Of a stretch of 64,000 nt of DNA, positions 50,893 to 61,195 are shown one piece after another. Made by a program: the position numbers and the translations under genes. Position 1 is the first letter of the stretch. Every line of letters starts with the position of its first letter. The stretch spans positions 1-64,000 of the forward strand of contig JAYGDX010000171.1 in the NCBI GenBank assembly GCA_046582655.1. The letters are read 5' to 3'. Under the pieces are notes generated by a model that saw only the letters and a list, made by a program, of their open reading frames with translations, made no database searches and was not told where the DNA came from. Source of the stretch: Candidatus Poribacteria bacterium (GTDB lineage: Bacteria > Poribacteria > WGA-4E > UBA9662).

Positions 50893-53216
50893 ATTCGATT
50901 CAGAATTTGCGTGCCGTTGATGTTGATTGCAAGTTCATAATTCTCTTTCAGGTATCGGGCAATAATTGGATGTCGTTGTTCGCTAGGAATACCATCAATG
51001 TTATCAAACCAGCCACCGGTTTTGAAAATTACTAGGTTTGTTTTATCATTTTTCAAATCATTAATGACTTCCGTTTGCATATCAGGTGTTGATGCGTAGG
51101 CTACCTGGTGATACCGTGTTGCACTTGGGCGATTAGCAAAAAAGTAGTAAGCACCTTGGCTGGTAAAGTCAAAGATCTTCTCGTTAGGCTGTGTCTTATT
51201 TTGAATATAGGTAACGACACGAGCAACGTGTTCTGCTTGGTCAGTTGGTATGTTTTCTCTGCCCACTCTTTTCAGTATAAGATGTTCTTCCACCAATTTC
51301 GAGCTTCGGTTCATGAATTGATGCACTCGTGATTTAAAAGCATGCACTGGATGATGTACCTCTTGCAGATAGTAAGCCATGCCGGTGCTTAGAACACCGA
51401 TGAGGATGGCTGCCCAGATTTGATCCGTTTTTTGACGGACAAGCTGGTCAATACCACGTTCGATGATAAGGATACCGATTACCCATAAAAATGTCGACCC
51501 GAAAATGAGATGCCCTCCATCAGACCGACCAAGTGCAGTACGAAAAAAAGTCGCTCCGCCAAGAAGTGTAAGAAGAAGTCGGATGCAACCGTCACTATTC
51601 CAAAATCCACCACGAATTAATCGGTATGCCAAGTAACTGGCAGTCACCACGAAGATGGCGATAGGAAGGTACCACCGGAACCCTTCACTTTTTATGAAAA
51701 CCATCCATTGATTTTGAACCGCAGGATCGTTTAACGGTTTCAGTATGCTTGATAGTGATGGAAACCGTAATCCCCAAGTTGGGACTTGGTATCGGCACTG
51801 AATCCAGATGTTGATAACTAAATCGTCTAGCGCACCATGCAAAATGAAATAGGTTAAAACCGGTAAGCTTCCGATTAAGACACCACTGCCGTAACATCCC
51901 AGTGGCAATAGCTGTTTTCGTTTGGAGGGCTCTCGTCGAACTCCGTAGAGAAAAAGGAAGATGCTGGTTGATCCAAGCGTATACAGTCCGATTTCAGTGC
52001 TGTACCAAAAGGCCAGATTAGCAAAAAAACCCGCTGTGATCAATTTCCAGCCGAAAGCCACACTGTACGTGAACGTTTCTTTCAGCTTTTGGCGAACCCT
52101 GTTTCCTAGAGTTCGAGCTGAATGAGGCCAAGGAAATGATGCGGAAGTGTTTAATAGGTTCCAACCAGCGTATAATCCATCGTCGTGATGGGTTTTTAAG
52201 TAATTGGCAACCCAAGCAAAACTGATTAAAGCGAGACTGTGTCGAGCCGTTACCCCATTTCCTTCTGATGCCATGATTAGGGTCAGTAGAATAGACGGAA
52301 TGGTGCCGAAACGAAAAAGCTGTGTGCCGAGCAAGTAAATTGCAACATACCCAAATGGTTCTAAAAGGTGCGACATTTTTCGGACACCTTCAAGAGAAAC
52401 CCCAAAGATTTTGCTGCCTAACCAGGCGAGCCCCGCATTCTGAAATAGTCCATGTTGTAGATAGATATCTCGAAATGGTAAACCACCGTGCATCATCTCG
52501 TTCAGTGGTGCCAATCGTTCACCTTCGTGAAATAGATCAATTGTTGAAGAACCATGTCCGGAATAAATCAGTGAATAGATCAGGGTTGGTAGGATGAGGA
52601 ATTTGCAGATTCGAAATACTGGATGATTAAACCTACGTTTCTCAACAATATGCCTGTAGATTTGTTGTTGCTTGGTTGCTTCAACTGGGAGAGTCGGTGT
52701 TGATCTATTTCTTCCTTTAATGTGCCATCCAATAATTCCGATTTTAGTAATAAATACCAATGCCATCGGTAGGACCAATCCAAACAGTGGATTTCGGTGG
52801 AGATCCCAGATGCGGTACCATGTTAATAGCAAAAAGGAGGAAGCAAGAGCATTCCGTCTCAGCAACAAAACTGTTGGCTGGCGTACCCATTTGGCAACAA
52901 CCTGAGAAAAGATGACCCAGCAGAACGTGTAAATAAGGGTTGTTGTCGGAATACCAATCAGTGCCAGCAGATAATAGAAAAGTTCCTGATGCTTTGGGTA
53001 GTTGTTAACGCCAACCCAGCCAATGACTTCTGATGTATGCGGTTGAAAAAGGAGAAACTTGTGAATCCAGAAGCCAAAGGCAGTGGCAAGTGAAAACGCT
53101 GAAGCGACGACTAAGGCATGATACAGTCGAACGTTGGGCTCTTGTATCTGTTTGAGATTGACATATAGAAAAGATTTCCGGCCCATTTGAAAGGTGATTA
53201 GTTTGTTAGCTTTCAA
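50889..53216 (-). CDS. Polytopic membrane protein, possibly a GT-C-fold glycosyltransferase
   Basis: Many TM segments; DLFHEGE...G.LPFRD...HG luminal motif; C-terminal YYFFANRPSATRY soluble domain. Confidence 0.5.
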   Translation of the reverse strand: MKANKLITFQMGRKSFLYVNLKQIQEPNVRLYHALVVASAFSLATAFGFWIHKFLLFQPHTSEVIGWVGVNNYPKHQELFYYLLALIGIPTTTLIYTFCWVIFSQVVAKWVRQPTVLLLRRNALASSFLLLTWYRIWDLHRNPLFGLVLPMALVFITKIGIIGWHIKGRNRSTPTLPVEATKQQQIYRHIVEKRRFNHPVFRICKFLILPTLIYSLIYSGHGSSTIDLFHEGERLAPLNEMMHGGLPFRDIYLQHGLFQNAGLAWLGSKIFGVSLEGVRKMSHLLEPFGYVAIYLLGTQLFRFGTIPSILLTLIMASEGNGVTARHSLALISFAWVANYLKTHHDDGLYAGWNLLNTSASFPWPHSARTLGNRVRQKLKETFTYSVAFGWKLITAGFFANLAFWYSTEIGLYTLGSTSIFLFLYGVRREPSKRKQLLPLGCYGSGVLIGSLPVLTYFILHGALDDLVINIWIQCRYQVPTWGLRFPSLSSILKPLNDPAVQNQWMVFIKSEGFRWYLPIAIFVVTASYLAYRLIRGGFWNSDGCIRLLLTLLGGATFFRTALGRSDGGHLIFGSTFLWVIGILIIERGIDQLVRQKTDQIWAAILIGVLSTGMAYYLQEVHHPVHAFKSRVHQFMNRSSKLVEEHLILKRVGRENIPTDQAEHVARVVTYIQNKTQPNEKIFDFTSQGAYYFFANRPSATRYHQVAYASTPDMQTEVINDLKNDKTNLVIFKTGGWFDNIDGIPSEQRHPIIARYLKENYELAININGTQILNRM

Positions 53217-54018
53217 CGACGGCTTTCATTTTGTCCAAACCGATTTTCGCTACTTCAAGCGGATCCTGTTCCCAGTAGTTTGGATTGAATAGCTCCAGAG
53301 AGATGACACCACTATATCCGGAAGAACGCAGGATTGAGATCATCTGTCCCAGATCAAGGATACCGTCACCTGGATAGACACGATCCGCATCGGTTTGTGT
53401 CTCTCGTGCGGGCGAAGCCGGAGCGTCGTTAAAATGGAAGACTGCTATTTTTTCAGCCGGGATTCCCTGAATGTCTTCGGTCTCTCCGCCGCCACGAAAG
53501 ATATGGAATGGATCTAGTACGATCGTACTGTCAGGATGATTCGCCCTTTCGATGATCTGCCAGGCGTCTTTAACTTGATTTACGCCTTGGACAAAGCCGA
53601 GAAATTCCATGGCTGGCGATATACCGAGTTTTCGTCCAATTTCAAGTAGTTCCCGATAATTTTTCCCACCGAGTTCTAGGTCCGCTTCCTCCATTGGGGG
53701 ACTGGCAACAATCCGTTGGGATCCGATAGCGATTGCTTGATTCATGCGGCGTTTGGTTTCCTCAATAGCCTGCACGTGTTCGTACCCAGTTGTGTTTAAC
53801 CATCCGTGCAGGGCGATAACTGTTGGTACAGTTAGACCGTGATCTCCTAGTGCTGATTTAACATCGGACAACGAACCTCCATCCTCTTCGTATGCCGTTA
53901 GATCATCGTTCCATAACTCTATTGCCTCATAACCAGCTGAGGCGGCAACTTTAATCTTATCCATTAGCCCAGAAGGGCGAATAGTACTCGTGTTTAAACC
54001 AAGTTTAAATTGATTCAT
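53206..54018 (-). CDS. Sugar phosphate isomerase/epimerase (IolE/IolI-like TIM barrel)
   Basis: LNTSTIR, AGYEAIELW, EFLGF, DPFH, HFND, DADRVYPGDG, SLELFN. Confidence 0.88.
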   Translation of the reverse strand: MNQFKLGLNTSTIRPSGLMDKIKVAASAGYEAIELWNDDLTAYEEDGGSLSDVKSALGDHGLTVPTVIALHGWLNTTGYEHVQAIEETKRRMNQAIAIGSQRIVASPPMEEADLELGGKNYRELLEIGRKLGISPAMEFLGFVQGVNQVKDAWQIIERANHPDSTIVLDPFHIFRGGGETEDIQGIPAEKIAVFHFNDAPASPARETQTDADRVYPGDGILDLGQMISILRSSGYSGVISLELFNPNYWEQDPLEVAKIGLDKMKAVVES

Positions 54019-54213
54019 TAAATTTCTCCTGATTGCTTCTTTCCCTTTAGGGGTTTTATGAAGTTCGAGGGGGTCGTTTCGGCAGATGATGCCAATTTGT
54101 CATTCCGTCTCTGTTTTCAGTTTGGGCCTAGAAAAATTGCTAAACTAATTATAACACCGCCGCAATTTTTTTTCTATTTCTAGAATTCTCAAGTTGAAGT
54201 TGAATAAATTAAC

Positions 54214-54243
54214 TTGATTCGATTTTAAGTCAGTAGGTATAAT
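54214..54243 (+). promoter_or_regulatory. sigma70-type promoter
   Basis: TTGATT-18 nt-TATAAT upstream of the Gfo/Idh/MocA gene. Confidence 0.5.
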
Positions 54244-54323
54244 GTGATTTATATCGTTTTTTTGCGGGCACAATCAAAATTCTATAAGCAAGAACGTACA
54301 TCAAATCAGGAGATTTGATCAAA

Positions 54324-55454
54324 ATGAGTAAGAACGACAAGATTCGGGTTGGCGTCATTGGACCGGGAGGTGCTGGTCGCGGAAACACACTCGCATTTGC
54401 AACTCGTGATGACGTTGATATGGTTGCTGCAGCCGATACAAGTGAGGATAGCCTCAATGCATTGGAAAACTCAATGCGAGAGCAAATTGAAGGTTATAAA
54501 GAAGACAGTTTCAAACGTTACCTTGGCGATTATGAATTTATTGAGATGTTAAATAAAGAAGACCTTGATATTGTTGGTATTTTCTCTCCACATTCCCTGC
54601 ATGATCTGAATATTCGCTATGCTTTGCGGGCAGGTTGCAGTGTAATGGTTGAGAAGCCTATGGCGAACCATGTTGGAGATGCAATTGCTGTTACAAGGAT
54701 GGCTATGGGACGAGGTCTTCACCTGGTTATAGGCTATCAGCGTCATTATTCCAATACGTATTTAACTGGTAGAAAAGCAATTTCGGATGGGCTGATTGGT
54801 GATATCGAGAAATTTGATGTCTATTTGGCACAACGGTGGGGAGCCGGCGGATGGCGCGGCGACCCTAGGTTTTCCGGTGGTGGGCAACCCAATGATTCAG
54901 GAAGTCACCTGCAAGATATTTTTTTGTGGATGACGGGATTTTTACCGAAAAAACTGCATGGAACCACAGACATGGTATTTGAAGATGATGAGGGGAACGT
55001 AATACCGAAATTTGTTGAGATTAATTCCGATTCTGAAGTAACTATGGATAATGGTGCAGTTGGTCGCATAAAGATTGTTGGTAATACTGACGTTGGATTT
55101 GAAGAGTGGGTTGTTCTCGAAGGTGATGAAGGCAAACTCGAAATAAAAAGTGGCGTTCACTACACTTCAAAAGGTGGGGAAACTCAGGAACTCCTATATG
55201 ATCGTCCGGAAGGTTATCCGGAAAGTAAGGTTGATCAGATCGTCGGATTGGTCAAAGGTGACTATGATGCAAACTATACTTCGGGGATTAATGGTATTCG
55301 TACTGCTTGGTTGACCAACTCAATAATTGAAGCTGGTAAAGGAGTGGATGAATGGAATACAGTGGATTGCGATTTACTGGTTGAACGGGAAGGTTATGAC
55401 CGACAATATGTGCATAATCTTATTAAAGAATGCGAAAACAAGAACATGTATTAG
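54324..55454 (+). CDS. Gfo/Idh/MocA oxidoreductase
   Basis: VGVIGPGG, SPHSLH, VEKPMA, GYQRHY, WRGDP..SGGG..DSGSH. Confidence 0.9.
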   Translation: MSKNDKIRVGVIGPGGAGRGNTLAFATRDDVDMVAAADTSEDSLNALENSMREQIEGYKEDSFKRYLGDYEFIEMLNKEDLDIVGIFSPHSLHDLNIRYALRAGCSVMVEKPMANHVGDAIAVTRMAMGRGLHLVIGYQRHYSNTYLTGRKAISDGLIGDIEKFDVYLAQRWGAGGWRGDPRFSGGGQPNDSGSHLQDIFLWMTGFLPKKLHGTTDMVFEDDEGNVIPKFVEINSDSEVTMDNGAVGRIKIVGNTDVGFEEWVVLEGDEGKLEIKSGVHYTSKGGETQELLYDRPEGYPESKVDQIVGLVKGDYDANYTSGINGIRTAWLTNSIIEAGKGVDEWNTVDCDLLVEREGYDRQYVHNLIKECENKNMY

Positions 55455-55462
55455 AACAGAAG

Positions 55463-57403
55463 ATGGAAAAAATTATGAAAATACCAAAACTGGTTATGGT
55501 TATGGTAGTAGCTTTTGTCATTTTGTATGGATGTTTATCAACTTCTGGTGGGCTGGGGCAGGCTGAAAAATTTATTGCAGAAAAAGACTATCAGGGTGCA
55601 GTAGACACCTATAACGAGATTATTCAATCCCAACTTAGTAGTGATCAGGGGCGAAAAGCTCAACTCGGTTTGGCTAAGCTTTATATCGAAAAAATGGATC
55701 TTCCGGAACAAGGTATTGAAATCTATCAAAACCTGACTGAAGCTGCACCAGAAAGCCCAGAAGCTGCAGAAGCCCATTATAAATGTGGAATCTGCAACTA
55801 TAAAGCTGAGAAGTATGGGGAAGCTGCGAAGTCTTTTAACGTTGTCATAAACAAATTTCCAAATCTTGAGTGGGCTAATAATGCTCAATTGATGTTGGCC
55901 AAGAGTTACGAGAAAGCTCAGAATTTCGAAAAAGCTGCTGAAATCTATGACAATTTCGCCAATCGCAATCCGAAAAATGAGCGTGCTGCAACAGCGCTTA
56001 TAAATAAAGCTCGGATTGAAAGAAACTACCTGAAAAATACTGAAGAGGCAACAAATACTTACCAACGAGTGGTAAGGAAATATGGGTTATTGGAAGAAGC
56101 AAGTAATCAATTGAGCGAGGCAACAAAAGAACTGGAAGCACTCGGCGCAGTTGTTCCTGAACCCGATAATCCGTTAGCATCCAGAGCGGGGCGTGCCTTA
56201 CAAAAACAGCGTGACCGACTTGAAAGAGATCGACCACGAAACACATCTGGCCGAAGTCCTGCTATGGGCAATGTAAGAGAGTTGGTACAAAACTCTGGTT
56301 TTGGTGTTAGTGCAGGGGAAGTGATGTCTACTTTTGGTTCAATTCAGACCGATGAACAGGGGACTTTTCATGATGCTATGCTAATGATTGCTAACATGAC
56401 ATACCAAGAAGAAAACTATCGTGATGCTGGGGCACTCTATTTTCGTGCCATAAGCCTTGCTAAAGCTGATGATGCCAAAATTGATCCCTATTCTCACGTA
56501 AAGCTTTCAATTTGCTATCGAAAACTCGGCATGCATACGCGTGCCGATGAAGTGTTGCAGCAAGCCCTGAGAAAGGACAGAGAAGTTCTGGACGTTATTA
56601 TCCGGTCCGGACAAAGTCAATACATAAATGAAGAGTATGAAAAAGCGGCTGAAACCTATAAATCGGTTCTGGGATTTAACCGTAAAAAGGATCCTGAGAT
56701 TTACTGGAAATTAAGTTTAATTCACAAAAAGACGAAAGAGCCTGAAAAAGAAATGGAATACCTTGAACGAGCAATCGTCGGGGACATGGAGTATGTAGAC
56801 GCGCTTCAAAGTTTAGCAGAAGTGTTGCATTACCGACTGGGCAATACTGAGAGAGCGGGATTCTACCAAGATTTAGTGGATGGAAAAGGTAATACCTATG
56901 AAGTCCAGAGAGAGCTTGGAAATTTGTGTTATAAATACGCCAGTTACTCACGCGCGAAAACTAAGTATCGTATTGCCGCACGCAATGTGATGCGAGAGCT
57001 TGAGAAAGTAAAGGGAGAAGCTGAAAAGCGGTCTTTAACTAATTTGTACCTTGAGTCACTGGTTCATGTCAGTATGTCAGACTATAAGTTCGGGAAAGAA
57101 GAAGAGGCTGTTAAAACAATCGAGGGACTAGCTGAAGACTATCCGGATCATGCTCTAATCGACTATGGTCGAGGACAGGTTGCCTTGTTGAAAGAAGATA
57201 CGGAAGCTGCAATTGGGCTTTTTAATTCTTCAATTGAAAAAGATCCGAGGTCTGATGCGGCTCCAACTGTACTTGGGAATTACTATATGTCGGTTGATAA
57301 AACCAACGAAGCAATTGCAGTGTGGGAGCATTTCCTACAAAACAATCGTTACCATAAGAAGCTTCGTAAACGTCTTAATCAGGCCAAGAAACTAGTCGAA
57401 TGA
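55463..57403 (+). CDS. Tetratricopeptide-repeat lipoprotein
   Basis: Lipobox-like ILYGC after a hydrophobic stretch; many TPR helical repeats. Start is approximate. Confidence 0.75.
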   Translation: MEKIMKIPKLVMVMVVAFVILYGCLSTSGGLGQAEKFIAEKDYQGAVDTYNEIIQSQLSSDQGRKAQLGLAKLYIEKMDLPEQGIEIYQNLTEAAPESPEAAEAHYKCGICNYKAEKYGEAAKSFNVVINKFPNLEWANNAQLMLAKSYEKAQNFEKAAEIYDNFANRNPKNERAATALINKARIERNYLKNTEEATNTYQRVVRKYGLLEEASNQLSEATKELEALGAVVPEPDNPLASRAGRALQKQRDRLERDRPRNTSGRSPAMGNVRELVQNSGFGVSAGEVMSTFGSIQTDEQGTFHDAMLMIANMTYQEENYRDAGALYFRAISLAKADDAKIDPYSHVKLSICYRKLGMHTRADEVLQQALRKDREVLDVIIRSGQSQYINEEYEKAAETYKSVLGFNRKKDPEIYWKLSLIHKKTKEPEKEMEYLERAIVGDMEYVDALQSLAEVLHYRLGNTERAGFYQDLVDGKGNTYEVQRELGNLCYKYASYSRAKTKYRIAARNVMRELEKVKGEAEKRSLTNLYLESLVHVSMSDYKFGKEEEAVKTIEGLAEDYPDHALIDYGRGQVALLKEDTEAAIGLFNSSIEKDPRSDAAPTVLGNYYMSVDKTNEAIAVWEHFLQNNRYHKKLRKRLNQAKKLVE

Positions 57404-57424
57404 ACCAACACAATGGATTTTGGA

Positions 57425-58192
57425 TCAAAAGTTTAAGGTGTAGTTAACAGCGTTTCGAAAAATTGCCAGTCCATCCCCTTCTTCCGGTAAATTTTCACGT
57501 GTCCAGCGAGGGTGATTATGCCGGATAAGGTAACGTTCTGGGTGAGGCATCATTCCTAAGATCCTTCCAGTGGGATCACAGACACCAGCAATATTTCGAT
57601 GAGATCCATTTGGATTGTTCGGATAGCCTGACGGCATGTAACGGAAGACTATCTGACCGTTTGCTTCAAGCTGATCTAGGATTGGATCCGAGGCGATAAA
57701 TCGCCCTTCAGCGTGTGCGACGGGCAAGTAAATCTCATTTTTCAAACCCTCAGTGAAGACTGACATGTTTTTATCTGTTTTCAGATTCACCCAACGACAC
57801 TCAAATTTGGTTGATGTATTCATTGCCAGTGTTGCTTGCTGATCGATCTGCTGGGAGTTTATCCTAGGTAGAAGACCTGATCTAACCAATACTTGGAATC
57901 CGTTGCATATTCCAAGTATTAATCCTCCCCGGTCGACAAATTCCGTAACTTGGTCAATTAATTTGAACTTAATCTCGTTGGCGAGCAGAATTCCGGCAGC
58001 GATGTCGTCACCATATGAAAATCCACCTGGAATTGCCATAATGTGGTAATCGATGAGGTAGATTTGATTATTGATCAATTTGTTTATGTGAACTAGACTT
58101 GTGTCAGCACCCGCCAATTGAAAGGCGTAATCCGTTTCATAATCACAGTTTGTTCCTGCTGTACGGAGAATTAGGACTTTGGGTTTGGTCAT
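57425..58192 (-). CDS. purQ: Phosphoribosylformylglycinamidine synthase I (glutaminase)
   Basis: GTNCD, PGGFSYGD, GICNGFQ, AHAEGR, NPNGS, GMMPHPER. Confidence 0.95.
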   Translation of the reverse strand: MTKPKVLILRTAGTNCDYETDYAFQLAGADTSLVHINKLINNQIYLIDYHIMAIPGGFSYGDDIAAGILLANEIKFKLIDQVTEFVDRGGLILGICNGFQVLVRSGLLPRINSQQIDQQATLAMNTSTKFECRWVNLKTDKNMSVFTEGLKNEIYLPVAHAEGRFIASDPILDQLEANGQIVFRYMPSGYPNNPNGSHRNIAGVCDPTGRILGMMPHPERYLIRHNHPRWTRENLPEEGDGLAIFRNAVNYTLNF

Positions 58193-58223
58193 AGACCGTT
58201 GTCTTTCTCTTTTATTTTATGGT

Positions 58224-60611
58224 TTACCAGTTGAAGGTTCCTTGCCAGCTTGCTTTAAGTTGATCAATAGTTGTATCAACAACCTTTTGTCCAGTTTCTA
58301 TCCCATCTATAGTAAATTCTTTTCCTTCGATTACCTGACCGATTACGCTGATTGGTACGCCGATCATCGCATTCTCAAATTCTTTCTGGCTCTTGGGAGC
58401 AATTTCAACGATAAATCGGCTGTTTGATTCTGAGAACAGAATTAAGTCATCAGCATTTGTCTGATCATTTCGTGGAACGTTGGATAAATCTAGATCCATT
58501 CCAAATCCTCCGGCGAATGCCATCTCCGCACTGGCTACGCCAATCCCTCCCTCGGAGCAGTCGTGGCATGATCTAATAAGTCGCTGGTCAATGGCATGAT
58601 TCAAAGATTGAATCACCCGTTTTCCGATTTCAGGTCGAACTACTGGTACACTGTTCCCGACGAAATCGTGGATGGCGTTATAGTGACTCCCCCCAATTTC
58701 ATCGTAGGTTTTGCCAATAACGTAAATCAGATTCCCAGGCGATTTGGCATCCATGGTGATTGCTGTGTCCACGTTGTCAATAACACTGATCGCTGAGATA
58801 AGTAAAGTGCTGGGGATCGCTAATTGATCTCCGGTTGAAGTATCACGGTATTCGTTATACAGACTATCCTTACCGGAAATAAATGGGGTGCCATAAGCCA
58901 ATGCGATATCATAACATGCCTGTGCTGCACGAACGAGCCCACCTAACCGATCCGGTTTGTCAGGGTTGCCCCAACTGAAATTGTCCAGAAGTGCGACCCG
59001 ATCAAAACGTCCACCGACCGCAATCACATTCCGAATTGCTTCATCAATAGCGGAAGCGGCCATATGATATGGATCAATATCTCCGAAAAGGGGATTGATG
59101 CCGTTTGCTATCACGACTCCTTTCTTTGAACCGAGCACCGGCAACGTCACGCAAGCGTCACTCGGACCATCATTTTCAATTCCGACCAGAGGCTTAATCG
59201 TCATGCCTCCTTGTACCTCGTGATCATATTGCCGTATCACCCATTCTTTACTGGCAACATTCGGGCTGGCGAGGATTTGGTGGAGGGGGTCGGTCAGATT
59301 CGTAGATCTCTCGAAATCAGGATCAGGATGTAAAGGCTTTGTCCAAACTGCCCGTTTGGTAATTCGGGGGATTCCGTGGTGCAGAAAGTCCATATCGAGA
59401 TCCGCCAGAATGTGACCTTGGTAATGGATGTGCAGTTTTTTGGTGTCGGTGAATTTCCCCAGAACAGTAACCTCCACAGACTCTGCTTGGCAGATTTCAA
59501 GGAATGTATCAAGATTATGTGGAGGAACAGCAATCACCATTCGTTCTTGTGCTTCCGACAGCCAGATCTCCCAAGGGGCTAGTCCTTCATACTTCAACGA
59601 GACATCGTCTAAATAAACCTCGGCTCCGCAATCCGCTCCCATTTCACCGATGGCTGAGGAGAATCCACCGGCTCCGCAATCCGTAATGCAATTGTACAGG
59701 TTCAGATCCCGCGCCTGAATTAAGACGTCAGTAATTTTTTTCTCCACAATCGGATTGCCAATTTGGACGACGCTTCCAAGGTTTTCAGACGAATCATCAA
59801 GTTCAAGTGATGAAAACGTTGCGCCATGAATACCATCCCGACCAGTCCTCCCTCCAATAACAACGATTGCATCGCCGAGTGCAACTTTTTTTTGACACCG
59901 GTTTGCAGGAATAATACCGACATTTCCACAGTAAACAAGGGGATTACAGGTATACCGGTAATCAAAAAGGATTGCTCCGTTTGCTGTTGGAATTCCCATC
60001 CGGTTACCATAATCCCTGACGCCAGAGACGACACCTTTAAAAACGCGCTTGGGGTGAAGTGAGCCCTTGGGCAGTTGGTTATAGTCTAAATCCGGTAATC
60101 CAAGGCAGAAAACATTTGTGTTGAGAATCGGCTTTGCACCTAAACCGGTTCCCAGTGAGTCACGAATCACCCCCCCAATCCCCGTTCCCGCACCACCGTA
60201 GGGCTCAATCGCAGATGGATGGTTGTGGGTTTCGACTTTAAAAACGATGTTGTGCTGATCATCAAATTCAATAATACCTGCGTTGTCTTCAAAAACGGAT
60301 ACACACCAACTTTTATTTAGTTCTTTGGTTGCTTGGATAATTGTTGTTTTAAGTAACCCGTTGATTGTAATAGGTTGCTGATCGTTTTCGATATACTCGA
60401 TTAAACCACGAAAAGTTTTATGAACACAGTGCTCTGACCAAGTTTGTGCCAGGGTTTCGATTTCCACATCGGTCGGATCTCTACTAATTCCTGCAAAGTG
60501 CGATTGAATTGCTTGCATCTCTGTCAGGTTGAGTGACAGTAACCCATCCTGACTAATTCTTAATAGCTCTGTGTTATCGGCATTTTGAATAGGAATTCTT
60601 TTGAAATTCAT
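58224..60611 (-). CDS. purL: Phosphoribosylformylglycinamidine synthase II
   Basis: QTWSEHC.HK, KVETHNHPSAIEP, DCGAGG, SEAQERM, QYDHEV, SGKDSLYN, HDCSEGG. Confidence 0.96.
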   Translation of the reverse strand: MNFKRIPIQNADNTELLRISQDGLLSLNLTEMQAIQSHFAGISRDPTDVEIETLAQTWSEHCVHKTFRGLIEYIENDQQPITINGLLKTTIIQATKELNKSWCVSVFEDNAGIIEFDDQHNIVFKVETHNHPSAIEPYGGAGTGIGGVIRDSLGTGLGAKPILNTNVFCLGLPDLDYNQLPKGSLHPKRVFKGVVSGVRDYGNRMGIPTANGAILFDYRYTCNPLVYCGNVGIIPANRCQKKVALGDAIVVIGGRTGRDGIHGATFSSLELDDSSENLGSVVQIGNPIVEKKITDVLIQARDLNLYNCITDCGAGGFSSAIGEMGADCGAEVYLDDVSLKYEGLAPWEIWLSEAQERMVIAVPPHNLDTFLEICQAESVEVTVLGKFTDTKKLHIHYQGHILADLDMDFLHHGIPRITKRAVWTKPLHPDPDFERSTNLTDPLHQILASPNVASKEWVIRQYDHEVQGGMTIKPLVGIENDGPSDACVTLPVLGSKKGVVIANGINPLFGDIDPYHMAASAIDEAIRNVIAVGGRFDRVALLDNFSWGNPDKPDRLGGLVRAAQACYDIALAYGTPFISGKDSLYNEYRDTSTGDQLAIPSTLLISAISVIDNVDTAITMDAKSPGNLIYVIGKTYDEIGGSHYNAIHDFVGNSVPVVRPEIGKRVIQSLNHAIDQRLIRSCHDCSEGGIGVASAEMAFAGGFGMDLDLSNVPRNDQTNADDLILFSESNSRFIVEIAPKSQKEFENAMIGVPISVIGQVIEGKEFTIDGIETGQKVVDTTIDQLKASWQGTFNW

Positions 60612-60664
60612 CTCAACTCTTGGTGCATAAGTTTATTTTCCTTACTAATATATCATATAATATT

Positions 60665-61195
60665 TTAGCTAATTTCGCTCGGATCCAAAATTGCAACGTG
60701 CGGCAAGTTTCTGTGCTTTTGCGCATAATCTAGACCGTAACCAACAACAAAATGATCGTCAATTTCGAATCCAACGTAGTCAATTTGAACAGGTTTTACT
60801 CTGCGGGATGATTTATTCAGCAGGCTGCAGACCTTGAGACTCGCCGGGGCTGTACGTTGAATTTCTTCGATTAGCAAAGTGAGACTAAGGCCAGTATCAA
60901 TGATGTCTTCAACGATGATAATGTCGGTATCTTTAAAATTTGTTTTAAAATTGTGAACTAAATTGGTTTCTCCGGAAGATATTGATTTATTAGCATAACT
61001 TGAGATCTGGACAAACTCACAGATTACATCCAATGTGATAGCCCTCATAACGTCAGCGAAAAAAATAATGGATCCTTTCAACACACAAACAAGGGTTGGT
61101 ATTCGCGCATGATAATCTTGGGAGATCTCCATCCCGAGTTGACGAACACGATCTTGAATCTCGGATTCACTGATTAAGATTTTCATAGGTGACAT
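60665..61195 (-). CDS. hpt: Hypoxanthine phosphoribosyltransferase
   Basis: VLKGS, IIVEDIIDTGLSL, FVVGYGLDY...RNLP. Confidence 0.95.
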   Translation of the reverse strand: MSPMKILISESEIQDRVRQLGMEISQDYHARIPTLVCVLKGSIIFFADVMRAITLDVICEFVQISSYANKSISSGETNLVHNFKTNFKDTDIIIVEDIIDTGLSLTLLIEEIQRTAPASLKVCSLLNKSSRRVKPVQIDYVGFEIDDHFVVGYGLDYAQKHRNLPHVAILDPSEIS

